From: Actinomycetota bacterium
GTDB lineage: Bacteria > Actinomycetota > Thermoleophilia > UBA2241
Direction of reading: 5' to 3'
Length of the DNA stretch: 64,000 nt
Assembly (NCBI GenBank): GCA_012514235.1
Contig: JAAZAR010000029.1
Location: 39 to 64,038 of the forward strand
The notes beneath the pieces were generated by a model that saw only the letters and a list, made by a program, of their open reading frames with translations, ran no database searches and was not told where the DNA came from. This document shows positions 12,073 to 20,202 of the stretch, in pieces. How positions within the stretch are numbered: position 1 is the stretch's first letter; each line of letters starts with the position of its first letter. Position numbers and translations under genes: made by a program.

Positions 12073-13010
12073 CAGAGCGCCTCCCTCGTCGCGGTCCCGT
12101 CGCTGTAGCCGATCACGGTCCGATAGAGGATCGCCATGCGGACGGCGAGGCCGCTGAAGACCTGACTGGCGATGAGGTTCTCGCCGTCGGCCGCGTCCGC
12201 GCTGATCTCCACGCCGCGGTTGAGAGGGCCGGGGTGCATGAGCCGCTGCCCCGGCCGCAGGCGGGCGCTGGAGATGCCCCACACGCGGGCGTACTCCCGC
12301 AGCGAGGGCAGGTAGGCGGCTCCGGGCTCGGTCAGGTCGGATTCGACGCGGAGCAGGTAGACCACGTCCGCGTCGCCCAGCTCGCTGAGGTCGTGGCGGA
12401 CGTCCACCCCCATCTCCTCGATGCCCCGCGGCAGCAGGGTGGGCGGCGCCACGAGCGTGACGTCCATGCCCAGCATCTTGAAGCCCATGATGCCGCTGCG
12501 CGCGACGCGGCTGTGCAGGATGTCGCCGATGATGAAGACCCTGCGCCCGTCGAGGTCCCGGCCGAGGCTCTGCCGCAGGGCGAAGAGGTCGAGCAGGCAC
12601 TGCGTCGGGTCCTGATGCCCGCCGTCGCCGGCGTTGATGACGCTCGCCCGGGTGTTGGCGGCGAGCACGCGGCAGGCGCCGGCGGACGGATGCCGCAGGA
12701 TCACGATGTCGGGAGAGTAGGCGTCGAGCGTGATGGCGACGTCCTTGAGCGCCTCTCCGTGCGGGTCGCCCAGGGCGCTGCCCCTGAAGACCAGGGTGTC
12801 GGCCGAGAGACGCTTCGCGGCGAGATCGAAACTGGCGGAGGTGCGCGGCGAGGCCTCCCAGAACACGTTGATGATGGTGCGGCCGCGCAGCGTCGGGACC
12901 TTCTTGATGTCCCGCTCGAGGACCGGCAGGAAGCTCTCCGCGGTGTCGAGCAGCAGCTCGACGTCGCCGCGCGTGAGATCCTCGATGCTGATGAGGTTGC
13001 GTCTCGGCAT
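12072..13010 (-). CDS. pyrB: aspartate carbamoyltransferase catalytic subunit
   Basis: 312 aa with EASPRTSASF (STRTR-type motif), HQDPTQ, and HPGP..RG. Confidence 0.95.
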   Translation of the reverse strand: MPRRNLISIEDLTRGDVELLLDTAESFLPVLERDIKKVPTLRGRTIINVFWEASPRTSASFDLAAKRLSADTLVFRGSALGDPHGEALKDVAITLDAYSPDIVILRHPSAGACRVLAANTRASVINAGDGGHQDPTQCLLDLFALRQSLGRDLDGRRVFIIGDILHSRVARSGIMGFKMLGMDVTLVAPPTLLPRGIEEMGVDVRHDLSELGDADVVYLLRVESDLTEPGAAYLPSLREYARVWGISSARLRPGQRLMHPGPLNRGVEISADAADGENLIASQVFSGLAVRMAILYRTVIGYSDGTATREAL

Positions 13011-13013
13011 CGG

Positions 13014-13598
13014 TCACCTCTCCTTGCGGACGAGGACGACCTCGTCGACGCCGTCGTGCTCGAGGAGGCGCACGCTGATGCGCTCCTGCGGAGCGGTAGG
13101 CAGGTTCTTGCCGACGTAGTCGGGCCGGATGGGCAGCTCGCGGTGGCCGCGGTCCACGAGCACCGCGAGCTGGACGGCCGCCGGCCGGCCGTAGTCGAAC
13201 AGGGCGTCGATGGCGGCGCGGATGGTGCGCCCGGTGTAGAGCACGTCGTCGACGACCACCACGGTGGCGCCGTCGATGTCGAAGGGGAGGTGCGTGTCCT
13301 TGACCACCGGCTGCGGCGTGACGCTCGGGATGACGCCGACCTCTCCCCGGACCGCGACGTCGTCACGGTAGAACGAGATGTCGATGTCTCCCGACTCGTA
13401 CTCCCTGCCGCTGATCTGGGAGAGGAGCCCGTGGATGCGGGCGGCGAGATACGCGCCCCGGGTGTGGATGCCGACCACGGCGAGATTGTCGGCGTCCGGG
13501 TTCTTCTCCAGGATCTCGTGTGCGATGCGCGTGATGGTGCGCGACAGCTGCTCGGCCGTCAGGACGACGGTCTCGGTCGCGGGTCTGGGTCCGGACAT
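13014..13598 (-). CDS. pyrR: bifunctional pyrimidine operon regulator / uracil phosphoribosyltransferase PyrR
   Basis: MSGPRPATE...ITRIAHEILEKN...VVVVDDVLYTGRTIRAA (PRPP motif). ATG 13598 is preferred over GTG 13622 because 13599-13642 forms a terminator hairpin plus U-tract. Confidence 0.9.
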   Translation of the reverse strand: MSGPRPATETVVLTAEQLSRTITRIAHEILEKNPDADNLAVVGIHTRGAYLAARIHGLLSQISGREYESGDIDISFYRDDVAVRGEVGVIPSVTPQPVVKDTHLPFDIDGATVVVVDDVLYTGRTIRAAIDALFDYGRPAAVQLAVLVDRGHRELPIRPDYVGKNLPTAPQERISVRLLEHDGVDEVVLVRKER

Positions 13599-13680
13599 AA
13601 GAAAAAGCGTCGCCGCGGTCACCTGTCGGCGTACGGCAACGCTGCACCCCCTTTCCGTCTCTCAGGACGTGGATTAAAGG
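13599..13680 (-). promoter_or_regulatory. PyrR-binding attenuator: binding hairpin plus intrinsic terminator
   Basis: The RNA has CCUUUAAUCCACGUCCUGAGAGACGGAAAGG (13680-13650), which resembles the PyrR binding loop (UUUAAUCC...GAGAG...AAAGG). It is followed by GCGUUGCCG-N18-CGGCGACGC + UUUUUCUU immediately before the AUG. Confidence 0.65.
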
Positions 13681-13689
13681 TCGTCCGGT

Positions 13690-13719
13690 ACTGTAGCAGC
13701 CGCCCCGGCGCGCGCACAA
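13690..13719 (-). promoter_or_regulatory. putative pyr operon promoter
   Basis: Minus strand reads TTGTGC (13719-13714), an 18-nt spacer, then TACAGT (13695-13690), just upstream of the PyrR-binding hairpin. Confidence 0.4.
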
Positions 13720-13775
13720 GGAGGGCGCCGACGGAGCGCCGGGTGTGCGAGGTCCGGCGGCCGGCCGGGAGGACG

Positions 13776-14705
13776 TCAGGCCGGCGGCTGCGCCGGGAGT
13801 CCGAGGTCGCCCAGGAACGCGGAGAGGTCCGGCGGGAGCGGGCTGGCGCAGCTGACCTCCCGCCCGTCTTCCGGGTGCGGGAAGGCGAGCCGCGCCGCAT
13901 GCAGGAACTGGCGCCCGAGACCGTGGGGTCGCGGGCGCCGCCCGTACTGGAGGTCGCCGGCGACCGGGTGCCCCAGGGCCGAGAAATGTACGCGGATCTG
14001 ATGCGTGCGCCCGGTCTCCAGGCGCACGCGGGCCAGCGTGAACCCCTCGGCCCGGCCGAGCACCTTGAAGTGCGTCACGGCGCGCTTGCCGGCCGCCGTG
14101 TGCAGCGACATCCGCTTGCGGTCCCGGAGGTGCCGGCCGATCGGCGCGTCGATGGTGCCCTCGTCCTGCGGGAGACTGCCGACCAGCAGTGCCAGGTACG
14201 TGCGATGGATGTCGCGGCGCTCCATGGCGGCCACCAGGCGACGGTAGGCGTCCTCGCGCCGCGCCACGAGCAGGAGTCCGGAGGTGTCCTTGTCGAGCCG
14301 GTGGACGATGCCGGGCCGGAGCTCGTGCCCGCCGCGCGCCCCGGCCGCCACGAGTCCCTGGGCGAGCGTCCCGTGCTCGTGCCCCGGGGCGGGATGGACG
14401 ACCACTCCGGCGGGCTTGTCGACCACCAGGAGCCAGTCGTCCTCGTAGACGACCTCGAAGGGCACGTCCTCCGCCGAGAGCGCCGCCTCCGGCGGAGGCG
14501 GCGCCTGCCACCTCACCTCCTCGCCGGCGCGCAGCACGTGCTTCTTGCGCGCCGGCGCGCCGTCCACGTCCACGAGACCATCGGCGATGAGCCGCTGGGC
14601 TGCCGCGCGACTGAGTCCTGCGCGCGCGGCGAGCGCCACGTCGAGGCGCTCCCCGGCCTCCGCGTCGCCGGTCCGGAACCGGCGTGGCTCACTCCCGCGC
14701 GCCAA
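13776..14705 (-). CDS. rluD: RluA-family 23S rRNA pseudouridine synthase (RluD-like) with S4 domain
   Basis: 309 aa. S4-like N-terminus (GERLDVALA...SRAAAQRLI), catalytic [14 protein letters not shown], and a [10 protein letters not shown] motif. Confidence 0.88.
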   Translation of the reverse strand: MARGSEPRRFRTGDAEAGERLDVALAARAGLSRAAAQRLIADGLVDVDGAPARKKHVLRAGEEVRWQAPPPPEAALSAEDVPFEVVYEDDWLLVVDKPAGVVVHPAPGHEHGTLAQGLVAAGARGGHELRPGIVHRLDKDTSGLLLVARREDAYRRLVAAMERRDIHRTYLALLVGSLPQDEGTIDAPIGRHLRDRKRMSLHTAAGKRAVTHFKVLGRAEGFTLARVRLETGRTHQIRVHFSALGHPVAGDLQYGRRPRPHGLGRQFLHAARLAFPHPEDGREVSCASPLPPDLSAFLGDLGLPAQPPA

Positions 14706-15138
14706 CGACCACCTGCAGCCCGAGGAGGACCGTGCCGACGACGATGGCGGCGTCCGCGACGTTGAACGTCGGCCACGTGAAGAACCCGATGAAGTCCACC
14801 ACGGCCCCGTCGAAGCGAAGCCTGTCCACGAGGTTGCCGAGCGCCCCGCCCAGGATGACGCCGAGCGCGGGCCGGTATCGCGGCGGGCTGAGGACGAGCG
14901 CCACCAGGACGCCCACGGCGACCGCGGCGACGAGCACGATCACCACGTCGCCCGCGCCGGCGAGCCGGCTGAAGGAGATGCCGGAGTTGTACGTGAGGTC
15001 GATGCGGAGCCCCGCCCCGATATCCCAGGGGAGGTCTCCGGCCCGCGCCCGCACCAGCCACTTGGTCAGCCGATCGGCGACGAGGACGGCGGCCGCCAGG
15101 ACCAGGGCGAGGGCGTATCCCCCCCTACTTCCTGCCAC
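14689..15138 (-). CDS. lspA: lipoprotein signal peptidase II
   Basis: [14 protein letters not shown] and [11 protein letters not shown] motifs. GTG 15138 is preferred; the ORF-track ATG 15177 would overlap the upstream small ORF by 53 nt. The start is uncertain. Confidence 0.85.
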   Translation of the reverse strand: MAGSRGGYALALVLAAAVLVADRLTKWLVRARAGDLPWDIGAGLRIDLTYNSGISFSRLAGAGDVVIVLVAAVAVGVLVALVLSPPRYRPALGVILGGALGNLVDRLRFDGAVVDFIGFFTWPTFNVADAAIVVGTVLLGLQVVVGARE

Positions 15139-15292
15139 GCGGCTTGGGTACGCTGTCCAGCACCTTGATGTCGCCATGACCCATGGGGCACGTGGGCTCC
15201 TTGGTCGTCTTGGCGCCCCGCCCTCCGTCGCTGACGACGATGTTGAGGGGATACGTCGCCTTGCACCGCTTGCAGTAGGCGAGCTTGGCCAT
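15125..15292 (-). CDS. 55-aa zinc-ribbon-like small protein (below ORF-track size cutoff)
   Basis: Manual translation gives [61 protein letters not shown] lies 6 nt upstream of ATG 15292. GC3 is very high, like neighbouring genes. Has a CxxC...CxxxH pattern. Confidence 0.6.
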   Translation of the reverse strand: MAKLAYCKRCKATYPLNIVVSDGGRGAKTTKEPTCPMGHGDIKVLDSVPKPRGRK

Positions 15293-15310
15293 GTGGCACT
15301 CCTTTGTCGG

Positions 15311-15556
15311 TCAGAGCCCGAGTCTACGCCGGGCGTCGTCGAGGGTCACGCCGGAGAGGCGGACGAGCTTGCGCCGCGAGCGGCCGCCGGCGACGACGCC
15401 GACCGCCGCACGGGGGACGTCGAGCAGGTCAGCCAGGAACCGGACCAGCTCGGCGTTGGCGCGCCCCTCCGCGGGAGGCGCCGCGAGACGGATGCGCAGG
15501 CGGCCGTCGGCTACGCCGGCGAGCTCGCTGGAGCGAGCCCCCGGCGTCACCCACAC
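15311..15556 (-). CDS. DUF167 (YggU) family protein; true start probably upstream of the GTG given
   Basis: [15 protein letters not shown]...[23 protein letters not shown]...GGRSRRKLV is the YggU pattern. Family-like residues (DGLSLA) continue in frame upstream of 15556. Confidence 0.75.
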   Translation of the reverse strand: MWVTPGARSSELAGVADGRLRIRLAAPPAEGRANAELVRFLADLLDVPRAAVGVVAGGRSRRKLVRLSGVTLDDARRRLGL

Positions 15557-15599
15557 GGCCAGACTCAGGCCATCTCGTGCCGGGGCGATCGGGCCCCTG

Positions 15600-16526
15600 T
15601 CACCACTTGAACTCGTTCTCGTTCACCCCGGTGTCCACGTCGGCGAGCAGATCGTCGCTCTCTCCGAAGATGATGCGCTCGCTTCGCTCGCGCCCCTCGT
15701 CTGTCGCATCCTGGCTCGGAGCCGGGGTGGCGGCGGTGACCTCCGGGTCGTCCGCCGGCGGCTCCGCGGCGCGCGGCCTGCCCGCCTGGATGCCGCCCGG
15801 TCCGCGCACCGGGTGCTCGGGCGCCGCCGGCCGGACGTCGTCCGTCCGCGAGGCGGCGGGCTCCGGCGGCACGTGCGTCTCCACTCGCTGCGACGACGCT
15901 TCGGGCGCCTCGTCGGGGCGCCGGTCGACGACGTCCTCCGGCGCCTCGTGCGGCTGCGGCTGCTTCGGTGCCGGCTCACGGACTGACGCCGGAGCTTCGG
16001 GCGCCGACTCACGAGCGATCGCCTCCTTGATCGCCTCGGCGTGCCTCGTGAAGTCGGCCGCCGGCGGCGCGGCCGCCACCACCTCCGGAGTCTCCTGCAA
16101 CTGGCGCAGGTACCCCTCGAGGAGCGTCCTGAACTTGAAGCGGAAGTCCTCCTCGGAGCTGCGCAGCTTGGCCATGGATTGCTCGATCGCCTGACGCTCG
16201 GAATACGCCTCGTTGACGAGCTGGCGCGCCTTGAGCTCGGCGTCCTGCAGCACGAGCTGCGCCTGCTTGCTGGCGTTCTGCTTCTGCTCCTCGGCGCTGG
16301 CCTGGGCGTTGATCAAGGTCTGCTGAAGGGTCTCCTCGATGCGCTTGTAGCCGGCGACCTTCTCCTCGAGGTTCTCGACGCGCTCCTGGAGGTCGATGTT
16401 CTCCTTGAACAGCCGCTCGTACTCGTCGGCGACCTCGTCGAGGAACTCGTCGACCTCTACATCCGAGTAGCCGCGCATGCCGCGCTTGAACTCCTTGTGG
16501 CGTATGTCGAGCGGTGTGAGCTTCAT
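15600..16526 (-). CDS. divIVA: cell-division / polar-growth protein DivIVA (Wag31-like)
   Basis: MKLTPLDIRHKEFKRGMRGYSDVEVDEFLDEV is the canonical DivIVA N-terminus. A coiled coil follows, then a long Pro/Ala/Glu-rich tail. Confidence 0.9.
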   Translation of the reverse strand: MKLTPLDIRHKEFKRGMRGYSDVEVDEFLDEVADEYERLFKENIDLQERVENLEEKVAGYKRIEETLQQTLINAQASAEEQKQNASKQAQLVLQDAELKARQLVNEAYSERQAIEQSMAKLRSSEEDFRFKFRTLLEGYLRQLQETPEVVAAAPPAADFTRHAEAIKEAIARESAPEAPASVREPAPKQPQPHEAPEDVVDRRPDEAPEASSQRVETHVPPEPAASRTDDVRPAAPEHPVRGPGGIQAGRPRAAEPPADDPEVTAATPAPSQDATDEGRERSERIIFGESDDLLADVDTGVNENEFKW

Positions 16527-16645
16527 CCTCTCCCCTCTCGGTCACGCGGTCCGTCGCCGCGGTCGTCTTCTCTCACGTCGGGCGGTACCGGCTCTCCACT
16601 GCCGGCGAGGCCGTCCTGCCGCACCAAGTGACTAGTGCCACGCCG

Positions 16646-17431
16646 CTACGTGAGTTCCTTGGCCCGCTCGGCGGCGGCGTGGACGGCGAGCGCGACCGCC
16701 TCGGTGATGTCGCGCTCCTCGAGGGCGGTGATGGCGGCGGCCGTCATCCCCCCCGGCGTGGCCGTGGCGGCGATCACGGCATCCGGGTCGCCGTCCTTCG
16801 CGATCACTGCCGCCGCTCCGTGCACGCCGGCGATGGCGAGCCGCCGCGCGACGTCGGGGTCGAGCCCGCGCCGCTCGCCGGCGCGGGCGAAGTCGCGGAC
16901 GAGCAGCGCGAGGATGCCCGGCATGCAGCCGGCGACCGCCGTGGCCGAGTCGAAGTGCCGCTCGTCCAGCACGACCACATCGCCGGCGAGCGCGAAGAGC
17001 CGCTCCACCTCCCCCTCCGCCTCCCCGAGCGTGCCCGGCACGAACAGGAACGTCCCCAGCCCGAGCGACGCGGCGACGTTGGGCATGATGCGTCCCACTC
17101 GGGCGTCGTGCGGCAGGGCCGCCCTCAGCTCGGCGAGCGGGACCCCCGCCGCGACGGAGACGAGGGCACGCCGGCCCAGGAGCGGCGCGACGGCCGCGAG
17201 CACCTCGGCGACCTGCTGCGGTCGCACTGCGACGACGACGACGTCGGAGCGCTCGACGAGGTCTCGCAGGTCTCCTGCGACCGCTGCGCCGGTGGCCTCC
17301 GCGGCACGCTCCGCGGCCTCCGGCGAGACGTCGTGATACGCGAGGGCCGGCGCCCCTTCGAGCGCCGGCCTGCTCCACCCCTGACCGAGGGCGCGGGCGA
17401 TGTGCCCCGCGCCGATGCATCCCACTCTCAT
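16646..17431 (-). CDS. proC: pyrroline-5-carboxylate reductase
   Basis: 261 aa with an N-terminal Rossmann fold (VGCIGAGHIARAL) and the C-terminal PGGMTAAAI motif. Confidence 0.9.
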   Translation of the reverse strand: MRVGCIGAGHIARALGQGWSRPALEGAPALAYHDVSPEAAERAAEATGAAVAGDLRDLVERSDVVVVAVRPQQVAEVLAAVAPLLGRRALVSVAAGVPLAELRAALPHDARVGRIMPNVAASLGLGTFLFVPGTLGEAEGEVERLFALAGDVVVLDERHFDSATAVAGCMPGILALLVRDFARAGERRGLDPDVARRLAIAGVHGAAAVIAKDGDPDAVIAATATPGGMTAAAITALEERDITEAVALAVHAAAERAKELT

Positions 17432-17434
17432 GGA

Positions 17435-17974
17435 TCAGAACTGATTGAAGAAGCCCTTCTCGATGAGCCGCGCCCGTTCTTCCGCCGAGACCTCGACGTT
17501 GCGCGGCGTGAGCAGGAAGATCTTCTCTCCCACCCGCTGCATGCCGCCGTCGAGCGCGTAGGTGAGGCCGCTGCAGAAGTCGATGAGGCGCTTGGCGAGC
17601 TCGGTGTCCGAGCCCTGGAGGTTGAGGATGACGGGGACGTCGACCTTGAACTTGTCCGCCACCTGCTGGGCGTCGTTGAAGTTCTTGGGGATGACGAGGT
17701 GCACCTCCACGCGCGCCGGGCGTGCGGGCTCGATGGCGCGCACCGGCGACTGGGAGGCCACCGACGAGGGCCGGCGGCGCGGCTCGTCGGCGAAGATGTC
17801 GTCGTAGTCGGTGCGGCTGCGCCCGCTGCTCAGCTTGCGGACGTTGGGGCGCTCCTGGTACGAGCGTTCGAGTTCTTCGTGCGGCGCAAGCGTCTCGTCC
17901 TCGTCGTAGTCGTCCTCGTCATCGGCGATGCCGAAGTAGACGGCCGTCTTGTGCCACCACTCGCCCACGCCCAT
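17435..17974 (-). CDS. sepF: cell division protein SepF
   Basis: 179 aa with an N-terminal amphipathic start (WWHKTAVYFGI) and a C-terminal SepF core (VIPKNFNDAQQVADKFKVDVPVILNL...RLIDFCSGLTYAL). Confidence 0.9.
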   Translation of the reverse strand: MGVGEWWHKTAVYFGIADDEDDYDEDETLAPHEELERSYQERPNVRKLSSGRSRTDYDDIFADEPRRRPSSVASQSPVRAIEPARPARVEVHLVIPKNFNDAQQVADKFKVDVPVILNLQGSDTELAKRLIDFCSGLTYALDGGMQRVGEKIFLLTPRNVEVSAEERARLIEKGFFNQF

Positions 17975-17992
17975 AAGGTCCTCCCCTGCTGG

Positions 17993-18685
17993 TCAGAAGA
18001 GCACGCTCCCGACGCGGACGATGGTCGCCCCTTCCTGGACGGCCACCTCGTAGTCGGCACTTGTGCCCATCGATAGCTGGTCGAAAGTATACGTTCCGCT
18101 CCACATTGTCGAAAGCCGTTGGGCCAGCTCGCGCGCCCGCACGAAGAAGGGGCGCGCCTCCTCCGGGTCGTCGGACAGCGGCGGCATGCACATGAGCCCG
18201 GTGAAGCGCACCTTGCGGTGCCCGGACGCGGCCTCGAGGAAGTCGTCGACCCCGTCGAGCGGCACGCCGCTCTTGCTCTCCTCCCCGCCGATGTTGACCT
18301 CGAGCAGCACCTCGGTGGTGTTCGTGGCGCGAGCCTCGATCTCCTGTACGACGCTGAGGGTGGACACAGAGTGGATGAGGCTGACGAGGGGCAACACGAG
18401 CTTGGTCTTGCGGCTCTGCAGGTGCCCGATGAAGTGCCAGTCGAAGGCGTCGCCGTGGAGTCCGTGCTTGGCGACGAGGTCCTGGGCGCGGTTCTCGCCG
18501 ATCAGGCGGATGCCGGCGTCCCGCAACGCGCCGAGGTGCTCGGCGGCCACGTACTTGGTCGCGACGAGCACGCGGACGTCGGCCGGGTCACGGCCGGCCA
18601 CGCGGGCCGCCTCGACGATGCGGCTCCGGACCTCGGAGAACCGCTCGCGCACCGTGTCGACATCCGGGATGAACTGTCTGACCAC
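17993..18685 (-). CDS. yggS: YggS/YlmE-family PLP-binding homeostasis protein
   Basis: 230 aa with VLVATKY (PLP Lys), GENRAQDL, WHFIGHLQSRK and LSMGTSADY. Confidence 0.9.
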   Translation of the reverse strand: MVRQFIPDVDTVRERFSEVRSRIVEAARVAGRDPADVRVLVATKYVAAEHLGALRDAGIRLIGENRAQDLVAKHGLHGDAFDWHFIGHLQSRKTKLVLPLVSLIHSVSTLSVVQEIEARATNTTEVLLEVNIGGEESKSGVPLDGVDDFLEAASGHRKVRFTGLMCMPPLSDDPEEARPFFVRARELAQRLSTMWSGTYTFDQLSMGTSADYEVAVQEGATIVRVGSVLF

Positions 18686-18766
18686 TGCTGCCTCCTTGAC
18701 GACCTCGGACCGAAGCGTTCTCGGCTTCCCGGCCCGTGCCGGCCCGCTGCTACTTCTGGGGCCGGC

Positions 18767-19552
18767 CTACGCTTCCTCCCGCCATGCTACCGCGAGATGC
18801 CGGCCGCTCACGCCGCCGTCCCGCCGGTGCGAGAAGAAGCGCCGGTCGGAGGCGGTGCACAGTCCGGCGACGGAGACCGCGGCGGCGGGCACTCCTGCCG
18901 CCTCGAGGTCGAGGCGCGCGCAGCGCCAGAGGTCCACGGTGGCGGCGCCGGCGGAGCCCGGGAACCGGGTCTCGAACCGGCGCCGCACCTCGTCGTCCAC
19001 GGTGAAGCAGCACGGGCCGATGCTCGGCCCGACGGCAGCGGCGAGCAGGCGGCGGCCCCGGGCGAGCTCGGCCGCCGCCCGGCCGACGATGCCGGCGATC
19101 ATGCCGCGCCAGCCGGCGTGCACCGTGGCGAACGCCGGCCCGTCCTCCCCGCCCGCGACGATCACCACCGGCACACAGTCGGCGTAGCTGATGACGAGGC
19201 CGAGGCCTGCCTCGGCGGTCAGCAGCCCGTCGTGCTCGCCGATCACCGACCGGCTGTCGAAGGCGCCGCGGCCGGCCTCGGCCTCCCCGACCCACCGCAG
19301 CGTGGTCCCGTGCACCTGGCCGGGGACGACGAGCCGCTCCTGCGGGACCTCGATCGCGGCGCAGAGGCGCCGCCGGTTCTCGAGCACCGCCTCGGGGTCG
19401 TCCTCGACGGACAGCCCGAGGTTGAGGCTGTCGAAGGGCGGCGCCGACACGCCGCCTGTCCGCGCAGGGAAGGCGGCGCGGACGCCGTGCGCCTCCCACG
19501 CGAGCCAGCTGACGCCGTCGCGCTCTCTCCACTCCAGGGCGCCGCCGCTCAC
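18767..19552 (-). CDS. pgeF: YfiH/YlmD (PgeF) family purine nucleoside phosphorylase / laccase-domain protein
   Basis: GTG 19552 overlaps the M50 protease stop by 4 nt (GTGA). Motifs: GGVSAPPFDSLNLG, ADCVPV, HAGWRG, CTASDRRFFSHRRDG. Confidence 0.88.
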   Translation of the reverse strand: MSGGALEWRERDGVSWLAWEAHGVRAAFPARTGGVSAPPFDSLNLGLSVEDDPEAVLENRRRLCAAIEVPQERLVVPGQVHGTTLRWVGEAEAGRGAFDSRSVIGEHDGLLTAEAGLGLVISYADCVPVVIVAGGEDGPAFATVHAGWRGMIAGIVGRAAAELARGRRLLAAAVGPSIGPCCFTVDDEVRRRFETRFPGSAGAATVDLWRCARLDLEAAGVPAAAVSVAGLCTASDRRFFSHRRDGGVSGRHLAVAWREEA

Positions 19553-20202
19553 CCGAGCCACCCGCCCGGGAGCAGCAGGTACATGAAGAGCTCCAGCACC
19601 CTGCCGAACGTGGCCGCGAAGAACCCGGGGACCGCCACCATGACCAGGAAGAGCAGCATGAACACGTAGTTCCCGTAACGGTCCAGCTCGGCCCACTGAC
19701 GGTACGCGGACCGCGGCAGGAACCCGCCGACCACGCGGGACCCGTCGAGCGGCGGGATCGGGATGAGGTTGAGCGTGCCGAGGATCACGTTGAGCACGAA
19801 CAGCATCCAGCACATCTCGAGCAGGAACGGGCTCCACGTGTACGTGAGCCAGAAGAGGCCGGCAGCGACGACCGCCAGCGTGTAGTTGGTGAGCGGGCCC
19901 GCCGCCCCGACCCACGCCATCCCCCGCTGCCCGTCCTTGAAGTGACGAGGGTCCACCGGTACCGGCTTGGCCCAGCCGAAGAAGAACGTCCCGCCCGACC
20001 CCAGGAAGCTGACCACCAGCATGATGGTGCCCCACGTATCGAGGTGCCTGATGGGGTTCAGCGTGAGCCTCCCGTACGCCTTGGCGGTGGGGTCCCCCAG
20101 GGCGTACGCCACCCAGCCGTGCGAGAGCTCGTGCAGGACGAGGCTCACCAGCAGGAGCGGCGAGACGAGGAGGAACTCGAGGAGCAGACCGGAGTCGTTC
20201 AA
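19549..20202 (-). CDS. M50-family (site-2 protease-like) membrane zinc metalloprotease
   Basis: 217 aa, polytopic, with HELSHG and LNLIPIPPLDGS motifs. Confidence 0.85.
   Translation of the reverse strand: MNDSGLLLEFLLVSPLLLVSLVLHELSHGWVAYALGDPTAKAYGRLTLNPIRHLDTWGTIMLVVSFLGSGGTFFFGWAKPVPVDPRHFKDGQRGMAWVGAAGPLTNYTLAVVAAGLFWLTYTWSPFLLEMCWMLFVLNVILGTLNLIPIPPLDGSRVVGGFLPRSAYRQWAELDRYGNYVFMLLFLVMVAVPGFFAATFGRVLELFMYLLLPGGWLG

Noticed and set aside
15066-15299. Listed 77-aa minus-strand ORF ([10 protein letters not shown]...).
   Set aside because: It has no RBS and an Arg/Gln-rich composition. It is the wrong frame of the region that encodes the 55-aa zinc-ribbon ORF (15125-15292), which has AAGGAG and coding-like GC3.
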